A stretch of 64,000 bases of DNA, taken from NCBI GenBank assembly GCA_963675595.2, contig CAXXLZ010000002.1, forward strand, positions 4,480,001 to 4,544,000. Direction: 5' to 3'. A program made the translations under genes and the position numbers. Positions 8,666 through 18,255 of this stretch are shown one piece after another; the first letter of the stretch is position 1, and each line of letters begins with the position of its first letter. The notes beneath the pieces are model-generated. The model had not been told where the DNA came from. It saw only the letters and a program-made list of their open reading frames with translations, and did not search any database. Source of the DNA: Thermodesulfobacteriota bacterium (lineage in GTDB: Bacteria; Desulfobacterota; Desulfarculia; JACQYL01).

Positions 8666-11600
8666 GAGGCATGGTGGCCTGGTTCGCCGAGAACCACGTG
8701 GCGGCGAATCTCCTGATGATCTTCTTCATATTGGCGGGCGCGGCCATCGGTTTGACCATGAAGCTGGAAGTCTTCCCCGAGAGCTCCCTGGACATGATCT
8801 CGGTTACCATGGAGTATACCGGGGCTTCGCCGGCCGAAGTGGAGGAGGCGATCGTACGGCGCATCGAGGAAAAGGTGGCCGGTCTGGCGGGGATCAAGCG
8901 CATCGATTCGACGGCCCGGGAAGGCTATGCCGTCGTGCTCATCGAAGTGGTCAAAGACTGGGACCTGAAGACCCTTTTGGACGAAGTGAAGGCGGAGGTG
9001 GACCGGATCACCACGTTTCCCGACGAGGCCGAGCGCCCTATCGTGCGGGAAGTGACCCGTCGAAACGAGGTGATCAGCGTGGCGGTTTACGGGGACGCCC
9101 CGGAATTCACCATCAAGCACCTCACGGAAAAGATCAAGGACGAGATCACCAATCTGCCGGGCATCACTCTGGCGGAATTGTTCGGCGTACGGAAGAGCGA
9201 AATTCACGTCGAGGTTTCCGAGGAAATGCTCAGGCGGTACGGGCTCACCCTGGAAAAGGTGTCCGAGGCGGTGCGAAAGGCCAGCCTGGACCTGCCGGCC
9301 GGCAGCGTTCGCACGGCACGAGGGGAGATTCTTATCCGGGCCAAGGGCCGCAAGTACTGGGCGAGGGACTACCAGGACATCCCGGTGATCACTCGATCCG
9401 ACGGCAGTGAGGTCCTGCTTGGACAGATCGCCAATCTGGTGGACGGATTCGAGGAGACGGACGTGTTCGCCCGTTTCCAGGGAAAACCGACCGGCATCAT
9501 TCAGGTGTTCCGCGTGGCGGACCAGAACGCCCTGGACGTGGCGGACAAGGTGAAACGATACATCGACGAAATCCGACCCAGCCTGCCGGCCGGAGTGGAC
9601 ATCGGATTTTATTCGGACATGTCCAAGATTCTGCGCAGCCGTATCGAACTGCTCCTCAGAAACATGGCGCTGGGACTCGTTCTGGTCACGGTTCTGCTTG
9701 GAATATTCCTCAGCGTGCGTCTGGCCTTCTGGGTCACTTTAGGAATCCCCGTCTCGTTTTTGTTCGGTCTCATGGTGCTGCCCCAATTCGACGTGTCCAT
9801 CAACATGGTTTCCCTGTTCGCCTTCATTATGGTGCTGGGTATCGTGGTGGACGACGCCATTGTGGTCGGGGAGAACATCTATCAAAAGCGGGAAGAAGGC
9901 ATGCCCCCTCTCAAGGCTGCGGTGGAGGGGACCCTGGAAGTCGGTCGCCCCGTGATTTTCGCCGTGCTCACCACCATGGTGGCCTTCTGGCCGTTGCTTA
10001 TGGGCGGCGGCATCATGGGGAAGATCATGCGCAACATCCCCGTGGTGGTGATTCTGGTCCTGTTGGGCTCTTTGCTGGAAAGCCTGCTGATATTGCCTTG
10101 CCACCTCGCGTTCGGGAAGCAGGTTCCAAGGCACCGGAAGAAGCCGAACGTGATCGCCCGAATGCTTCGTCGTTTCATCGAAGGCCCCTATGCCCGCACC
10201 GTGGAATTCTGTGTGCGGTGGCGCTATGCTACCATTGCCGGAGGACTCGCATTGCTGCTGCTTATCATGGGGACCTGGACCGGCGGTTTGATCAAGTTCA
10301 CCCTGTTTCCCAAGGTTGAAGGCGACGTACTCAATTGTACCTTGACCATGCCGGCGGGAACTCCCGTGGAGCGGACCCAAACCGTAATCTCCAAAATCGA
10401 AACCGTGGCCCGGGAAATCCTCGAAGAGGAGGATGCTTCGCGGAAAGCAGGAGCACCGTCCCTTTTCGAGTACAGCATCGCGTTGGTGGGTCTGCAAATC
10501 TCGGGTCACGGACCATCGGCGGGGAATGCGGAATCGGGCGGGCACTTGGGGCAGGTCTTCATACAATTGTTGGAGGGCGAAAAACGGGACGTGAGCGCCG
10601 CTCATCTGGCCAAGTTGTGGCGGGAACGAGTGGGGAACGTGCCGGACGCCGAGTCGATCCAGTTTCAGAGCGACCTGTTTCGAGCGGGAAATCCCATCGA
10701 GGTCCATCTCTCCATGGAAGACCACGATCAGTTGCTCGATGCCGCGGATGATCTGAAGCAGCAACTCGAAGGGTATCCGGGCGTCTTCGATGTGAGCGAT
10801 AGTTTTTTGCCCGGGAAAAAGGAGATGCAGCTCCAGCTCAAGCCCGCGGCGGAACCTCTGGGCCTGACCTTGAATGATCTGGCTCGGCAGGTAAGGCACG
10901 CTTTTTATGGAGCGGAGGCGTTGCGCTTGCAGCGGGACCAGGACGAGGTCAAGGTCCTGGTGCGGTATCCGGAATCCGAGCGAAAGTCGTTGGGATACGC
11001 CGAGGAAATGCGGATTCGAACTCCGGACGGCGCCGAAGTCCCGTTCAGCCAGGTGGCTCGGGTGAAAATGGAGCAGGGCTATGCGTCCATTCAGCGGGCC
11101 CAGCGCCTCAGGGTGGTCAAGGTGACCGCCGACGTGGATGAAAAGACGGCCAATGCCAACGAAATACGCATGATGCTGAACAACGGGGTGCTGGAAGACC
11201 TGAAGTACAAGTATCCCTCTTTGAGATACACCATGGAGGGCGAGGGTAAAGAGCAGCAGGAATCCCTGTCGGACGTGATGCGCTCCTTCGTGATTGCGCT
11301 GTTCTGTATTTACGCGCTGTTGGCCGTTCCCTTCAAATCCTTCACCCAACCCCTCATCGTCATGTCCGCCATTCCCTTCGGCATCGGGGGGGCGATCATC
11401 GGGCATATCATCATGGGGCTGAACATCAGTCTGTTAAGTCTGTTCGGAATGGTGGGACTGGCCGGAGTGGTGGTCAACGACTCACTGGTGCTGATCGACG
11501 CGGCCAACCGCTTTCGGTCGGAAGGGGCCACCGCCCTTGATGCGGTGCTGCGCGCCGGAGGGCTTCGATTCAGGGCCGTTTTGTTGACTTCGCTTACCAC

Positions 11601-11820
11601 ATTCGCCGGTTTGACGCCCATGATCCTGGAACGGAGTCTTCAAGCCCAGTTTCTCATTCCCATGGCCGTGAGCCTCGGGTTCGGCGTCTTGTTGGCCACG
11701 GGCGTCACTTTGGTGCTGATCCCCTGCGGCTACATGGTTCTCGAGGATGTTCACGATCTTCTGGAAAAGATCAAGAAACGGTTGTTGTTGGCGATTCCGA
11801 CCCACGATTCCTCCAAGTGA
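8662..11820 (+). CDS. RND efflux permease (AcrB/AcrD/AcrF family)
   Basis: WFAENHVAANLLM, GIVVDDAIVVGEN, GVVVNDSLVL, RFRAVLLTSLTT. ATG overlaps the upstream stop (ATGA). Confidence 0.95.
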   Translation: MRGMVAWFAENHVAANLLMIFFILAGAAIGLTMKLEVFPESSLDMISVTMEYTGASPAEVEEAIVRRIEEKVAGLAGIKRIDSTAREGYAVVLIEVVKDWDLKTLLDEVKAEVDRITTFPDEAERPIVREVTRRNEVISVAVYGDAPEFTIKHLTEKIKDEITNLPGITLAELFGVRKSEIHVEVSEEMLRRYGLTLEKVSEAVRKASLDLPAGSVRTARGEILIRAKGRKYWARDYQDIPVITRSDGSEVLLGQIANLVDGFEETDVFARFQGKPTGIIQVFRVADQNALDVADKVKRYIDEIRPSLPAGVDIGFYSDMSKILRSRIELLLRNMALGLVLVTVLLGIFLSVRLAFWVTLGIPVSFLFGLMVLPQFDVSINMVSLFAFIMVLGIVVDDAIVVGENIYQKREEGMPPLKAAVEGTLEVGRPVIFAVLTTMVAFWPLLMGGGIMGKIMRNIPVVVILVLLGSLLESLLILPCHLAFGKQVPRHRKKPNVIARMLRRFIEGPYARTVEFCVRWRYATIAGGLALLLLIMGTWTGGLIKFTLFPKVEGDVLNCTLTMPAGTPVERTQTVISKIETVAREILEEEDASRKAGAPSLFEYSIALVGLQISGHGPSAGNAESGGHLGQVFIQLLEGEKRDVSAAHLAKLWRERVGNVPDAESIQFQSDLFRAGNPIEVHLSMEDHDQLLDAADDLKQQLEGYPGVFDVSDSFLPGKKEMQLQLKPAAEPLGLTLNDLARQVRHAFYGAEALRLQRDQDEVKVLVRYPESERKSLGYAEEMRIRTPDGAEVPFSQVARVKMEQGYASIQRAQRLRVVKVTADVDEKTANANEIRMMLNNGVLEDLKYKYPSLRYTMEGEGKEQQESLSDVMRSFVIALFCIYALLAVPFKSFTQPLIVMSAIPFGIGGAIIGHIIMGLNISLLSLFGMVGLAGVVVNDSLVLIDAANRFRSEGATALDAVLRAGGLRFRAVLLTSLTTFAGLTPMILERSLQAQFLIPMAVSLGFGVLLATGVTLVLIPCGYMVLEDVHDLLEKIKKRLLLAIPTHDSSK

Positions 11821-12170
11821 TCTCTCCGGCAAGGTTCGGAGCGTGCCCGAAATCGTGCGACATGCACGACATCAGGGGTCGCCCCTGCATAACACGTTAC
11901 CAACGGCGGGGGCCGGTTCTCGGCCCCCGTATCCAATGATTCCCCTTTCATCGAGCGTCTTCTCACGTCTTGTCCTTTGACAAGGAAACGCCTGTTTTTC
12001 GTCTCCCTCCACCACGCCGTCACTCACGGCTCTTCCCGAGCTACGACTCCGAATATTAGGAAATCACTCACATTACGGTCACGGTTTTGTAATCCGCGTG
12101 TTGTTTATTCGGAAACGCAGCTCGAACCATTCATCCACAGTTGGAAAATCACCGAGGGAGATACACGCTC

Positions 12171-14687
12171 ATGAATTTGCGAAGATGGTCGCTGGGAGTG
12201 AAGATCGGAACCGGGTTCGCAGTGCTGATCCTGGTGTTTCTGCTGGTGGGCGGTGTCATGTTGTACGGAGTTGCGGACGTGGCCGAGCGGGCGGGGCAGG
12301 AAATTCGGAGCAATCGGTTGTCGGGGCTCTTTGTGGAACTCGAAATGGATCACTTGCAGTGGCTCAACCGCATAGGCGCGCTGCTCACGGGAAGCGGCGG
12401 CACTGAGAGTGCCGAGGACCTCAACCTGTCCGAGGGTGAAAGCGGTCTGGGTCAATGGCTGACCGGGGAGGAGCGACGAAGCGCGGAGACTCGGTTTTCC
12501 GGCGCTTCGAAATTTTTCACCGCCTTGGAGAGTCAAAACCGGGAGGTCTACGCGGCGGCGCGAGAAGTCGCGGAGGGATTCAGGACGCCTCATGCAGGCC
12601 TGATCTCAAGGCTCCAATCGGTGATGGATCGGCAGAATCTCTACGTCGGCAAACTGGCTCGTTCCGTGGAACAGGAAGCCGGAGCCATTCACACGTACCG
12701 GGTGTTGCTCCGAAACGCGCTGAAACAGGCCACTTCCGTACTCATGGCCTGTGAGCGGGAGCCCAGCTTCGGAGAAAGTGAAGAACGACGGGCCATCGGC
12801 ATGTCCATCATCAAGAACCTGCGCTACGGCATTGAAGGGGAGAACTATTTCTGGGTGACCGACCTGAAAGGCACGATGGTCATGCATCCCACGCGTTTCG
12901 AACTGTTCGCGCAGGACGTTTCGGAATACGAGGACAAGAACGGAAAGAAACTGTTCAAAGAAGCGCTGGCCATGGCCAAGGATTCGGGGTCCGGGTTTCT
13001 CACCTATTTCTGGCCCCCGGATTACGGGGAGGAGCCCAGGCCTGTTTTGGCCTACGTGGAATATTTCGATCCCTGGTATCTGGTGGTGGGCACGGGCGTT
13101 TTTCTCGACCCCGCGGATCCGGGATTGCCGGCGCGGGTCCGGGCGTTCGTAGCCGGGGAGTCCGTCAAACTGAGTGCGGCCGAAGACCCGGGCAAATTCG
13201 CTTTTCGCGAGTTCCTGGACGATCCTGAAACCGGTCTGCTGCGTGGGACGTTTCCCCTACTCCATGAGGCTCTTACCGATGCCGAGGAATCGTACGCCGA
13301 ATTTCTCCGGGCGGCGGCCCAAGTGGAGGAATTGGGCGGTCATATGGAAATCGAATCCGCCAAGCGAGTGATGGCGAACGACCTGGAAACCGCCAGGCAA
13401 CGAATGGAATCCCGGCTGGCGGAAGTGATCCGGGAAGAGGCCGCCATCCGGGCCGAAGCCGTGCACGCGGAACAGGCGTTCTCCGAGCGGCTGATTCCCG
13501 CGTCCCGCGAACTGGTTCGCCTGGTGGGGGAAACCAGAGAGCATTTCATCAACGCCGGCGGGAAACAAAACGTGGTGCTCGAAACCGCCCTGCGCACCAA
13601 GCAGCGGGTCATGGTGGGACTGTCCTTGGCCGTGCTCATCGCCTTGGGTGTGGCCGTGTTCATGATCCGAACCCTCTCCCGGATTCTGCTTCGGGTTTTC
13701 TCGTCCCTCAAGGAAGCCGGAGACGAAGTGGCCGGGACTTCCGGAAAGATTTACGAGTCCAGCCTGGATTTGGCCGAAAGCTCGTCCAAGCAGGCGGATC
13801 ACATCCGGGATATATCGACCACGCTCACCGAACTGGCTTCGAGCACGCAGTCCAACGCGGAACGGGCTCGGAACGCTCGTGGAATCGTGGGGGACTCCAT
13901 GGATGAGCTGAAAAAGGCGACCAAAACCTTGCGTTCTTTGACCGATTCCATGGAGGCCATTCGCCGGTCGGGTCAGGAGAGCAGGAAAATTATCGGCACC
14001 ATCGACGAAATCGCGTTTCAGACCAATCTGCTGGCTTTGAACGCGGCCGTGGAGGCGGCCAGGGCGGGCGAGGCGGGCGCCGGTTTCGGAGTGGTGGCCG
14101 AGGAGGTCCGGAATCTGGCTCGGCGAAGCGCCACGGCCGCGAGCGACACCGCATCCATCCTGGAACAGGCGGCGAGGTCCGTTGAGGCGGGGGCGATTTT
14201 GATTTCCGGCTCCACGGACGTGTTTACACGGATGGAGCGGGAAGCCCAACGGACCATGGAGCTCGTGGAAGAAATCGCGGGCGCATCGGAACGTCAGGCG
14301 CGGGACGTGCGGCACGTGAGCGATGCCGTGGCGGAAACCAACGAAACCGTGGCGGAAACGGCGGCCGCGGCCAAAGCCTCGTCCGAGACCTCGGACGGCA
14401 TGAATCTCCAGGTGGAGAAGATGCGCGACGTGGTGCTGGATATCTCCGCCCTGGTCCGATCCCGGAACGGCAAGGGACTTTTCGGAAGCGAACCGGCCCC
14501 GGCCCGCCTCGAACATCCCGTGCGGCCGTTGATCGAAGATCGGCCGAGCGGAGGAAACGGGCACAAGGAACCCTCGCCCGGAAATTCGGCGTCTCCTTCG
14601 GAGGAAGCCCAAAGCGCGGTCGTTCCTCGGGACGGAAAAAAGGCCCCGGTGGTCGTCGACTCGGAGTACCGCCTGCCGACATTTTAG
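12171..14687 (+). CDS. Methyl-accepting chemotaxis protein with CZB-like and Cache sensor regions
   Basis: Two TMs, [40 protein letters not shown] signalling tip, [15 protein letters not shown]...GFLTYFWP Cache motif. Confidence 0.93.
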   Translation: MNLRRWSLGVKIGTGFAVLILVFLLVGGVMLYGVADVAERAGQEIRSNRLSGLFVELEMDHLQWLNRIGALLTGSGGTESAEDLNLSEGESGLGQWLTGEERRSAETRFSGASKFFTALESQNREVYAAAREVAEGFRTPHAGLISRLQSVMDRQNLYVGKLARSVEQEAGAIHTYRVLLRNALKQATSVLMACEREPSFGESEERRAIGMSIIKNLRYGIEGENYFWVTDLKGTMVMHPTRFELFAQDVSEYEDKNGKKLFKEALAMAKDSGSGFLTYFWPPDYGEEPRPVLAYVEYFDPWYLVVGTGVFLDPADPGLPARVRAFVAGESVKLSAAEDPGKFAFREFLDDPETGLLRGTFPLLHEALTDAEESYAEFLRAAAQVEELGGHMEIESAKRVMANDLETARQRMESRLAEVIREEAAIRAEAVHAEQAFSERLIPASRELVRLVGETREHFINAGGKQNVVLETALRTKQRVMVGLSLAVLIALGVAVFMIRTLSRILLRVFSSLKEAGDEVAGTSGKIYESSLDLAESSSKQADHIRDISTTLTELASSTQSNAERARNARGIVGDSMDELKKATKTLRSLTDSMEAIRRSGQESRKIIGTIDEIAFQTNLLALNAAVEAARAGEAGAGFGVVAEEVRNLARRSATAASDTASILEQAARSVEAGAILISGSTDVFTRMEREAQRTMELVEEIAGASERQARDVRHVSDAVAETNETVAETAAAAKASSETSDGMNLQVEKMRDVVLDISALVRSRNGKGLFGSEPAPARLEHPVRPLIEDRPSGGNGHKEPSPGNSASPSEEAQSAVVPRDGKKAPVVVDSEYRLPTF

Positions 14688-14702
14688 GGCTTGGCGTAAG
14701 GA

Positions 14703-14743
14703 GCCTCTCCGACGGAGGCGGTGAGGCCCGCTTGAAATGTTTT
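14703..14743 (+). repeat. Repeat family A, small-hairpin half of a split copy
   Basis: GCCTCTCCGACGGAGGCGGTGAGGCCCG matches the start of the intact copies at 26097 and 27040. The second half resumes at 16452. Confidence 0.75.
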
Positions 14744-14849
14744 AGACATAATGGCTGCACGTGCAGGAAAGTAGGCCCGTCTCCTGCGTTGTTGGGTTAT
14801 GGTGCGAGTAATCAGCACGCCCATCGAACCAACACCAAGGAGGCAGGCC

Positions 14850-15956
14850 ATGACCGATTTTATCTATGTTGGATTGGATGTTCACCAGAAATCGATAGAC
14901 GTTGCCTTGGCCGAAGGGTCCCGTGATGGAGAAGTCCGATCTTACGGCAAGATCAACGGGGAGCCGTCGGATGTGGATCGATTGTTTCGCCGGCTGGGCT
15001 ACAAGAAGGATCGGCTTCGAGTGGTCTACGAAGCCGGCCCATGCGGCTACGTTCTTTACCGGCACCTGCATGCCCGGGGAATCCATTGCACGGTCGTGGC
15101 GCCCTCGCTGACGCCCCGACGAGCCGGCGATCGGATCAAGACGGATCGACGGGATGCGGTCACCCTGGCTCGTCTTCATCGGGCGGGAGAACTCACGGGG
15201 GTGTATGTTCCCCGTGTGGAGGACGAGGCGATACGGGATTTGACCAGGGCCCGGGAGGATGCCAAGAGCTCGGAGCGAAAGGCCAAACAGCGGCTCAACG
15301 CCTTTTTGCTGCGCCACGGTCGGAAGTACGGCGGGCCGCGGAAGTGGAGCCGGGCCCACCGGAGGTGGCTTTCGGACCAGTCGTTTGAACACCCGGCCCA
15401 GCAGATCGTTTTTCAGGAGTATATCGACACCATTGAAGAGTGCGAGCGCCGGGTGGCGCGATTGGTGGAGCAGATTGGCGAGCAGGTGGAGCACTGGCCT
15501 ATGAAACCGGTCGTGGAGGCCTTCCAATCGATGCGAGGCGTGTCGTTGATCGTGGCCGTCACTGTGGTGGCCGAAGTGGGCGACATGACGCGATTTGATG
15601 AGCCCGGGCAGTTGACGGCGTATCTGGGTTTGGTCCCCTCGGAGAGTTCCAGCGGAGGACGGCGCAAACAAGGAGGCATTACCAAGTCCGGCAACGGACA
15701 TGCGCGCCGGGTATTGATCCAGGGGGCCTGGACCTATCGCTATCCGCCCCGAGTGGGCCGCAGGCTGAGGGATCGGCGGGAGGAGGTGCCGTCCGAGGTC
15801 TGCAAGATCGGCTGGAAGGCCCAGCTGCGTCTGTGCGGCCGGTACCACCGGCTGATGGCCCGGGGTAAGCCGTCGCAAGTGGCCGTTACGGCCATTGCAC
15901 GGGAGATGGCCGCCTTTCTGTGGGCGATCGCCCGAGAGGTTCCCGTTGCCGCTTAA
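14850..15956 (+). CDS. IS110 family transposase/recombinase (DEDD RuvC-like plus C-terminal Tnp domain)
   Basis: YVGLDVHQ, VYEAGPCG, IKTDRRDA, YLGLVPSESSSGG...GGITKSGN. RBS AAGGAGG. Confidence 0.96.
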   Translation: MTDFIYVGLDVHQKSIDVALAEGSRDGEVRSYGKINGEPSDVDRLFRRLGYKKDRLRVVYEAGPCGYVLYRHLHARGIHCTVVAPSLTPRRAGDRIKTDRRDAVTLARLHRAGELTGVYVPRVEDEAIRDLTRAREDAKSSERKAKQRLNAFLLRHGRKYGGPRKWSRAHRRWLSDQSFEHPAQQIVFQEYIDTIEECERRVARLVEQIGEQVEHWPMKPVVEAFQSMRGVSLIVAVTVVAEVGDMTRFDEPGQLTAYLGLVPSESSSGGRRKQGGITKSGNGHARRVLIQGAWTYRYPPRVGRRLRDRREEVPSEVCKIGWKAQLRLCGRYHRLMARGKPSQVAVTAIAREMAAFLWAIAREVPVAA

Positions 15957-16275
15957 CTTCTCATCAAGTCCACATCGTTCGATTTGGAAGGAGGACGGCG
16001 CCGTAAAGGAGGGAAACACGGGCTTCAACCTGAGAGCAGGGGCGCAACCGCGGTTAGGAGAATCCTCGTGACCTGTTAGGAGATCAGGCATCTGCCGAAT
16101 CCTCGTCTGTAGAAAGAGGCAGCTCCGCGACGAACCAAGTCCGGCGGTAACCAACCCGCGAATATCAGCATGATCCACCGTCGCTATGCAGGTTCCGCCT
16201 CTGTCCGCAGGTTGAAGTTCCATAAATGGTAGCCATACCCCAACGCTACAAGGGGCGGAAGAATGCTGCGCCCTA
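15957..16275 (+). ncRNA. Putative bridge RNA/seekRNA-encoding non-coding region
   Basis: About 320 nt between the tnp stop and the right inverted repeat. Contains CCTGTTA (reverse complement of target TAACAGG) and ATATCAG (circle-junction sequence). RNA ends unknown. Confidence 0.7.
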
Positions 16276-16295
16276 TTGACGTGTGCAGCCATATC

Positions 16296-16451
16296 AACAG
16301 GCTGTTGAAAAACGCGATCTGCCGCGTTGCGCTTCATCCCTCGTCACTGCGACGTACTCTATGTACGTCTCATTCCTCAGGATTTGCGCGCCTTGCATCT
16401 CATCGTTTTTCAGCAGCCTGCTGCAACCGGCTTTTTTCAACGGGCGGTTAA
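16296..16451. repeat. Repeat family B (MITE-like, about 125-155 bp), copy 1
   Basis: CAGGCTGTTGAAAAACG...CGTTTTTCAGCAGCCTG terminal stem, conserved core CTTCATCCCTCGTCACTGCG...GTAC...GTACG...CGCGCCTTGCAT, tail ending TTTTTTCAACGGGCGGTTAA. Confidence 0.85.
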
Positions 16452-16493
16452 GGGGGGAGCACGGGGGGAACTTTTTCAAAAGTTCCCCCCGTG
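16452..16493 (+). repeat. Repeat family A, large-hairpin half of the split copy
   Basis: CACGGGGGGAACTTTTTCAAAAGTTCCCCCCGTG hairpin preceded by a G run. Confidence 0.75.
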
Positions 16494-16523
16494 AATGTCA
16501 ATTTTGATTCTTGCCGAGACCGG

Positions 16524-17822
16524 CTACTCCGTCACCATCTGCCGGCAACGGGTTTCCCGGGTCAGGCTCAACAGGATCACCGACACCAGGGTCCAGGCGG
16601 TCATGAGCAGAAACGCGCTTCGGAATGCTTCCAGGTCGTAGATGCGCACTTCTCCGTTAAGAGCGCCCCGCCATTTCAGGTCCAATACCCATCCCATGAT
16701 CGGCTGGAGAATCATGGGGCCCATCATCACCCCCATATTGCATACCCCGGCCACGGTGCCCGCCAATTTTGGAGGCACGGATTCCTTGGCGTAGGCGAAG
16801 CCCAGGATGATGCATCCCGAGGCGAATCCCACCACGGCCAGCAGCACGGCCAGAACCGAGAAAGGAAGGGCTTCCACGTAGAGAATCACGCCCCACCCGC
16901 CCAAAGCCACCAGGCTTCCAGCCAGATAGATGGGTTTTCTGCGATGGATGCGGTCGGACAGGTAGCCCAGCACCGGACCTCCGAGGGCCCAGGCCACGAG
17001 CAGGGTCGAGGTGAACAGCGCGCTTTCCGACTGGGACAGGCCGTAATGCGTGGACAAGAAGGGCACTCCCCACAGGCCGGAGAAGGCCAAAACCGGACCC
17101 ACCACTCCGCCGGGGGCCAGGGTGAGGAGCCAAGTGTTGCGATACCGGAAAATGGCCCGCAATCCGGACAATGCGGCCCCGAACGTGGCCCCGCCCTTTT
17201 GGCGGGTCGATTCATGGGCGTAGCCTTCGTATCCCTTGTCCGAAGGATCGTCCCGCACCACCGCCCACACGGCTGCGGTGAGCAGGAGGGAGACGCACGC
17301 CGATACGAACATGACGGAGCGCCATCCAAAGGCATTCACCAACAGGCGGAGCGGGACCCCGGCGGTGACCGCTCCCAGAATCCCGCAAAAAAGAGCCATC
17401 CCGCTCACCATGGCGAAGCGCTGTGGCGGGAACCAGTGGGAAGCCAGTTTGAGCAAAGCGACCCACGCCACGGCCACGGAGCCCCCGATGAGAAGCCTGC
17501 CCAGGTCGGCCAGAGCGATGTCCGGGGCCAGGGCGAAGAGAAAGGTCCCCAAGGCGGACACCAGCGCGCCGGCGGCCAGCAGCTTTCTGGGACCCAGATG
17601 GTCCGCCAGGATTCCGGTGGGAATCTGCATGAACACGTAGCTGTAGAAATAGAAGGCGGAGAGATTGCCGAGCACCGCGGCTCCGATGTGAAACTCGGCC
17701 ATGAGCAGGTCCGTCATGACCGCGGGCGCCACCCTCTGGTAGAAGCCTGTGCAGTAGAAGAGCGCTCCCAGTCCCCAGATCATCCAGGACAGGCGGGCCG
17801 GGGGAAATTTTTCGGAATGCAT
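16524..17822 (-). CDS. MFS transporter
   Basis: About 12 hydrophobic segments, MFS motif A GILADHLGPRK and GYLSDRIHRRK. Start at 17822 or 17864; the longer ORF extension runs through repeats. Confidence 0.92.
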   Translation of the reverse strand: MHSEKFPPARLSWMIWGLGALFYCTGFYQRVAPAVMTDLLMAEFHIGAAVLGNLSAFYFYSYVFMQIPTGILADHLGPRKLLAAGALVSALGTFLFALAPDIALADLGRLLIGGSVAVAWVALLKLASHWFPPQRFAMVSGMALFCGILGAVTAGVPLRLLVNAFGWRSVMFVSACVSLLLTAAVWAVVRDDPSDKGYEGYAHESTRQKGGATFGAALSGLRAIFRYRNTWLLTLAPGGVVGPVLAFSGLWGVPFLSTHYGLSQSESALFTSTLLVAWALGGPVLGYLSDRIHRRKPIYLAGSLVALGGWGVILYVEALPFSVLAVLLAVVGFASGCIILGFAYAKESVPPKLAGTVAGVCNMGVMMGPMILQPIMGWVLDLKWRGALNGEVRIYDLEAFRSAFLLMTAWTLVSVILLSLTRETRCRQMVTE

Positions 17823-17866
17823 ATGGGAAAGCCGCCTCGGCGTTGATTCGGAAGATGAGTTCATCT

Positions 17867-18005
17867 GCGGGGGAGGACTTTCGGGAAAGTCCTCCCCCGC
17901 ACCCCCTCTCAAAGCATGCTGGACGGGCCTCACCGCTTGCGGTGCGGCCACGCTGCAAAGTTTTGCGGGGGGCGTGGGGGGCGCTTTTTCAAAAGCGCTC
18001 CCCAC
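17867..18005. repeat. Repeat family A, two inverted copies sharing the small hairpin
   Basis: GCGGGGGAGGACTTTCGGGAAAGTCCTCCCCCGC ... CACCGCTTGCGGTG ... GTGGGGGGCGCTTTTTCAAAAGCGCTCCCCAC. Confidence 0.8.
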
Positions 18006-18101
18006 CCATATGAAAATATGCAACCGGGCATGCTCCGAATCTCCTCGATGAGCATGCTTGGCCGAACAAGAACCCGCTCTCTGAATTGGAGTCCGGGTTT
18101 T

Positions 18102-18127
18102 GTAGGGGCAGGCCACAGTGCCTGCCC
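18102..18127 (+). repeat. GTAG-type REP
   Basis: GTAG followed by the GGGCAGGC-CACAGT-GCCTGCCC hairpin; same sequence at 20039. Confidence 0.8.
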
Positions 18128-18155
18128 GCCTGCCCATTGATCTTTTTTCCCCGGG

Positions 18156-18233
18156 GCGCTCCGCTTGCGGTGCGGCCGCGCTGCAAAGTTTTGCGGGGGG
18201 TGTGGGGGGCGCTTTTTCAAAAGCGCCCCCCAC
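18156..18233 (+). repeat. Repeat family A copy
   Basis: Near duplicate of about 17934-18005. Confidence 0.8.
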
Positions 18234-18255
18234 CCTTCCGAAAATATATCATCAT

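Larger units (their letters stand above)
14744..16295 (+). mobile_element. IS110-family insertion sequence, IS1111-type (sub-terminal inverted repeats, 3' non-coding region)
   Basis: Inverted repeats ATGGCTGCAC (14751-14760) and GTGCAGCCAT (16283-16292), 7 and 3 nt inside the inferred ends. No target duplication. Joined ends give TTGACG-N17-CATAAT. Confidence 0.9.

Noticed and set aside
17823-18233. N-terminal extension of the MFS ORF with duplicated AFEKAPPTPPAKLCS
   Set aside because: It is the translation of repeat family A copies. The same applies to the ORF extensions at 55934 and 58215.
17867-18233. CRISPR-like clustering of palindromic repeats
   Set aside because: No regular repeat-spacer periodicity and no cas genes; these are dispersed REP/MITE-like repeats.
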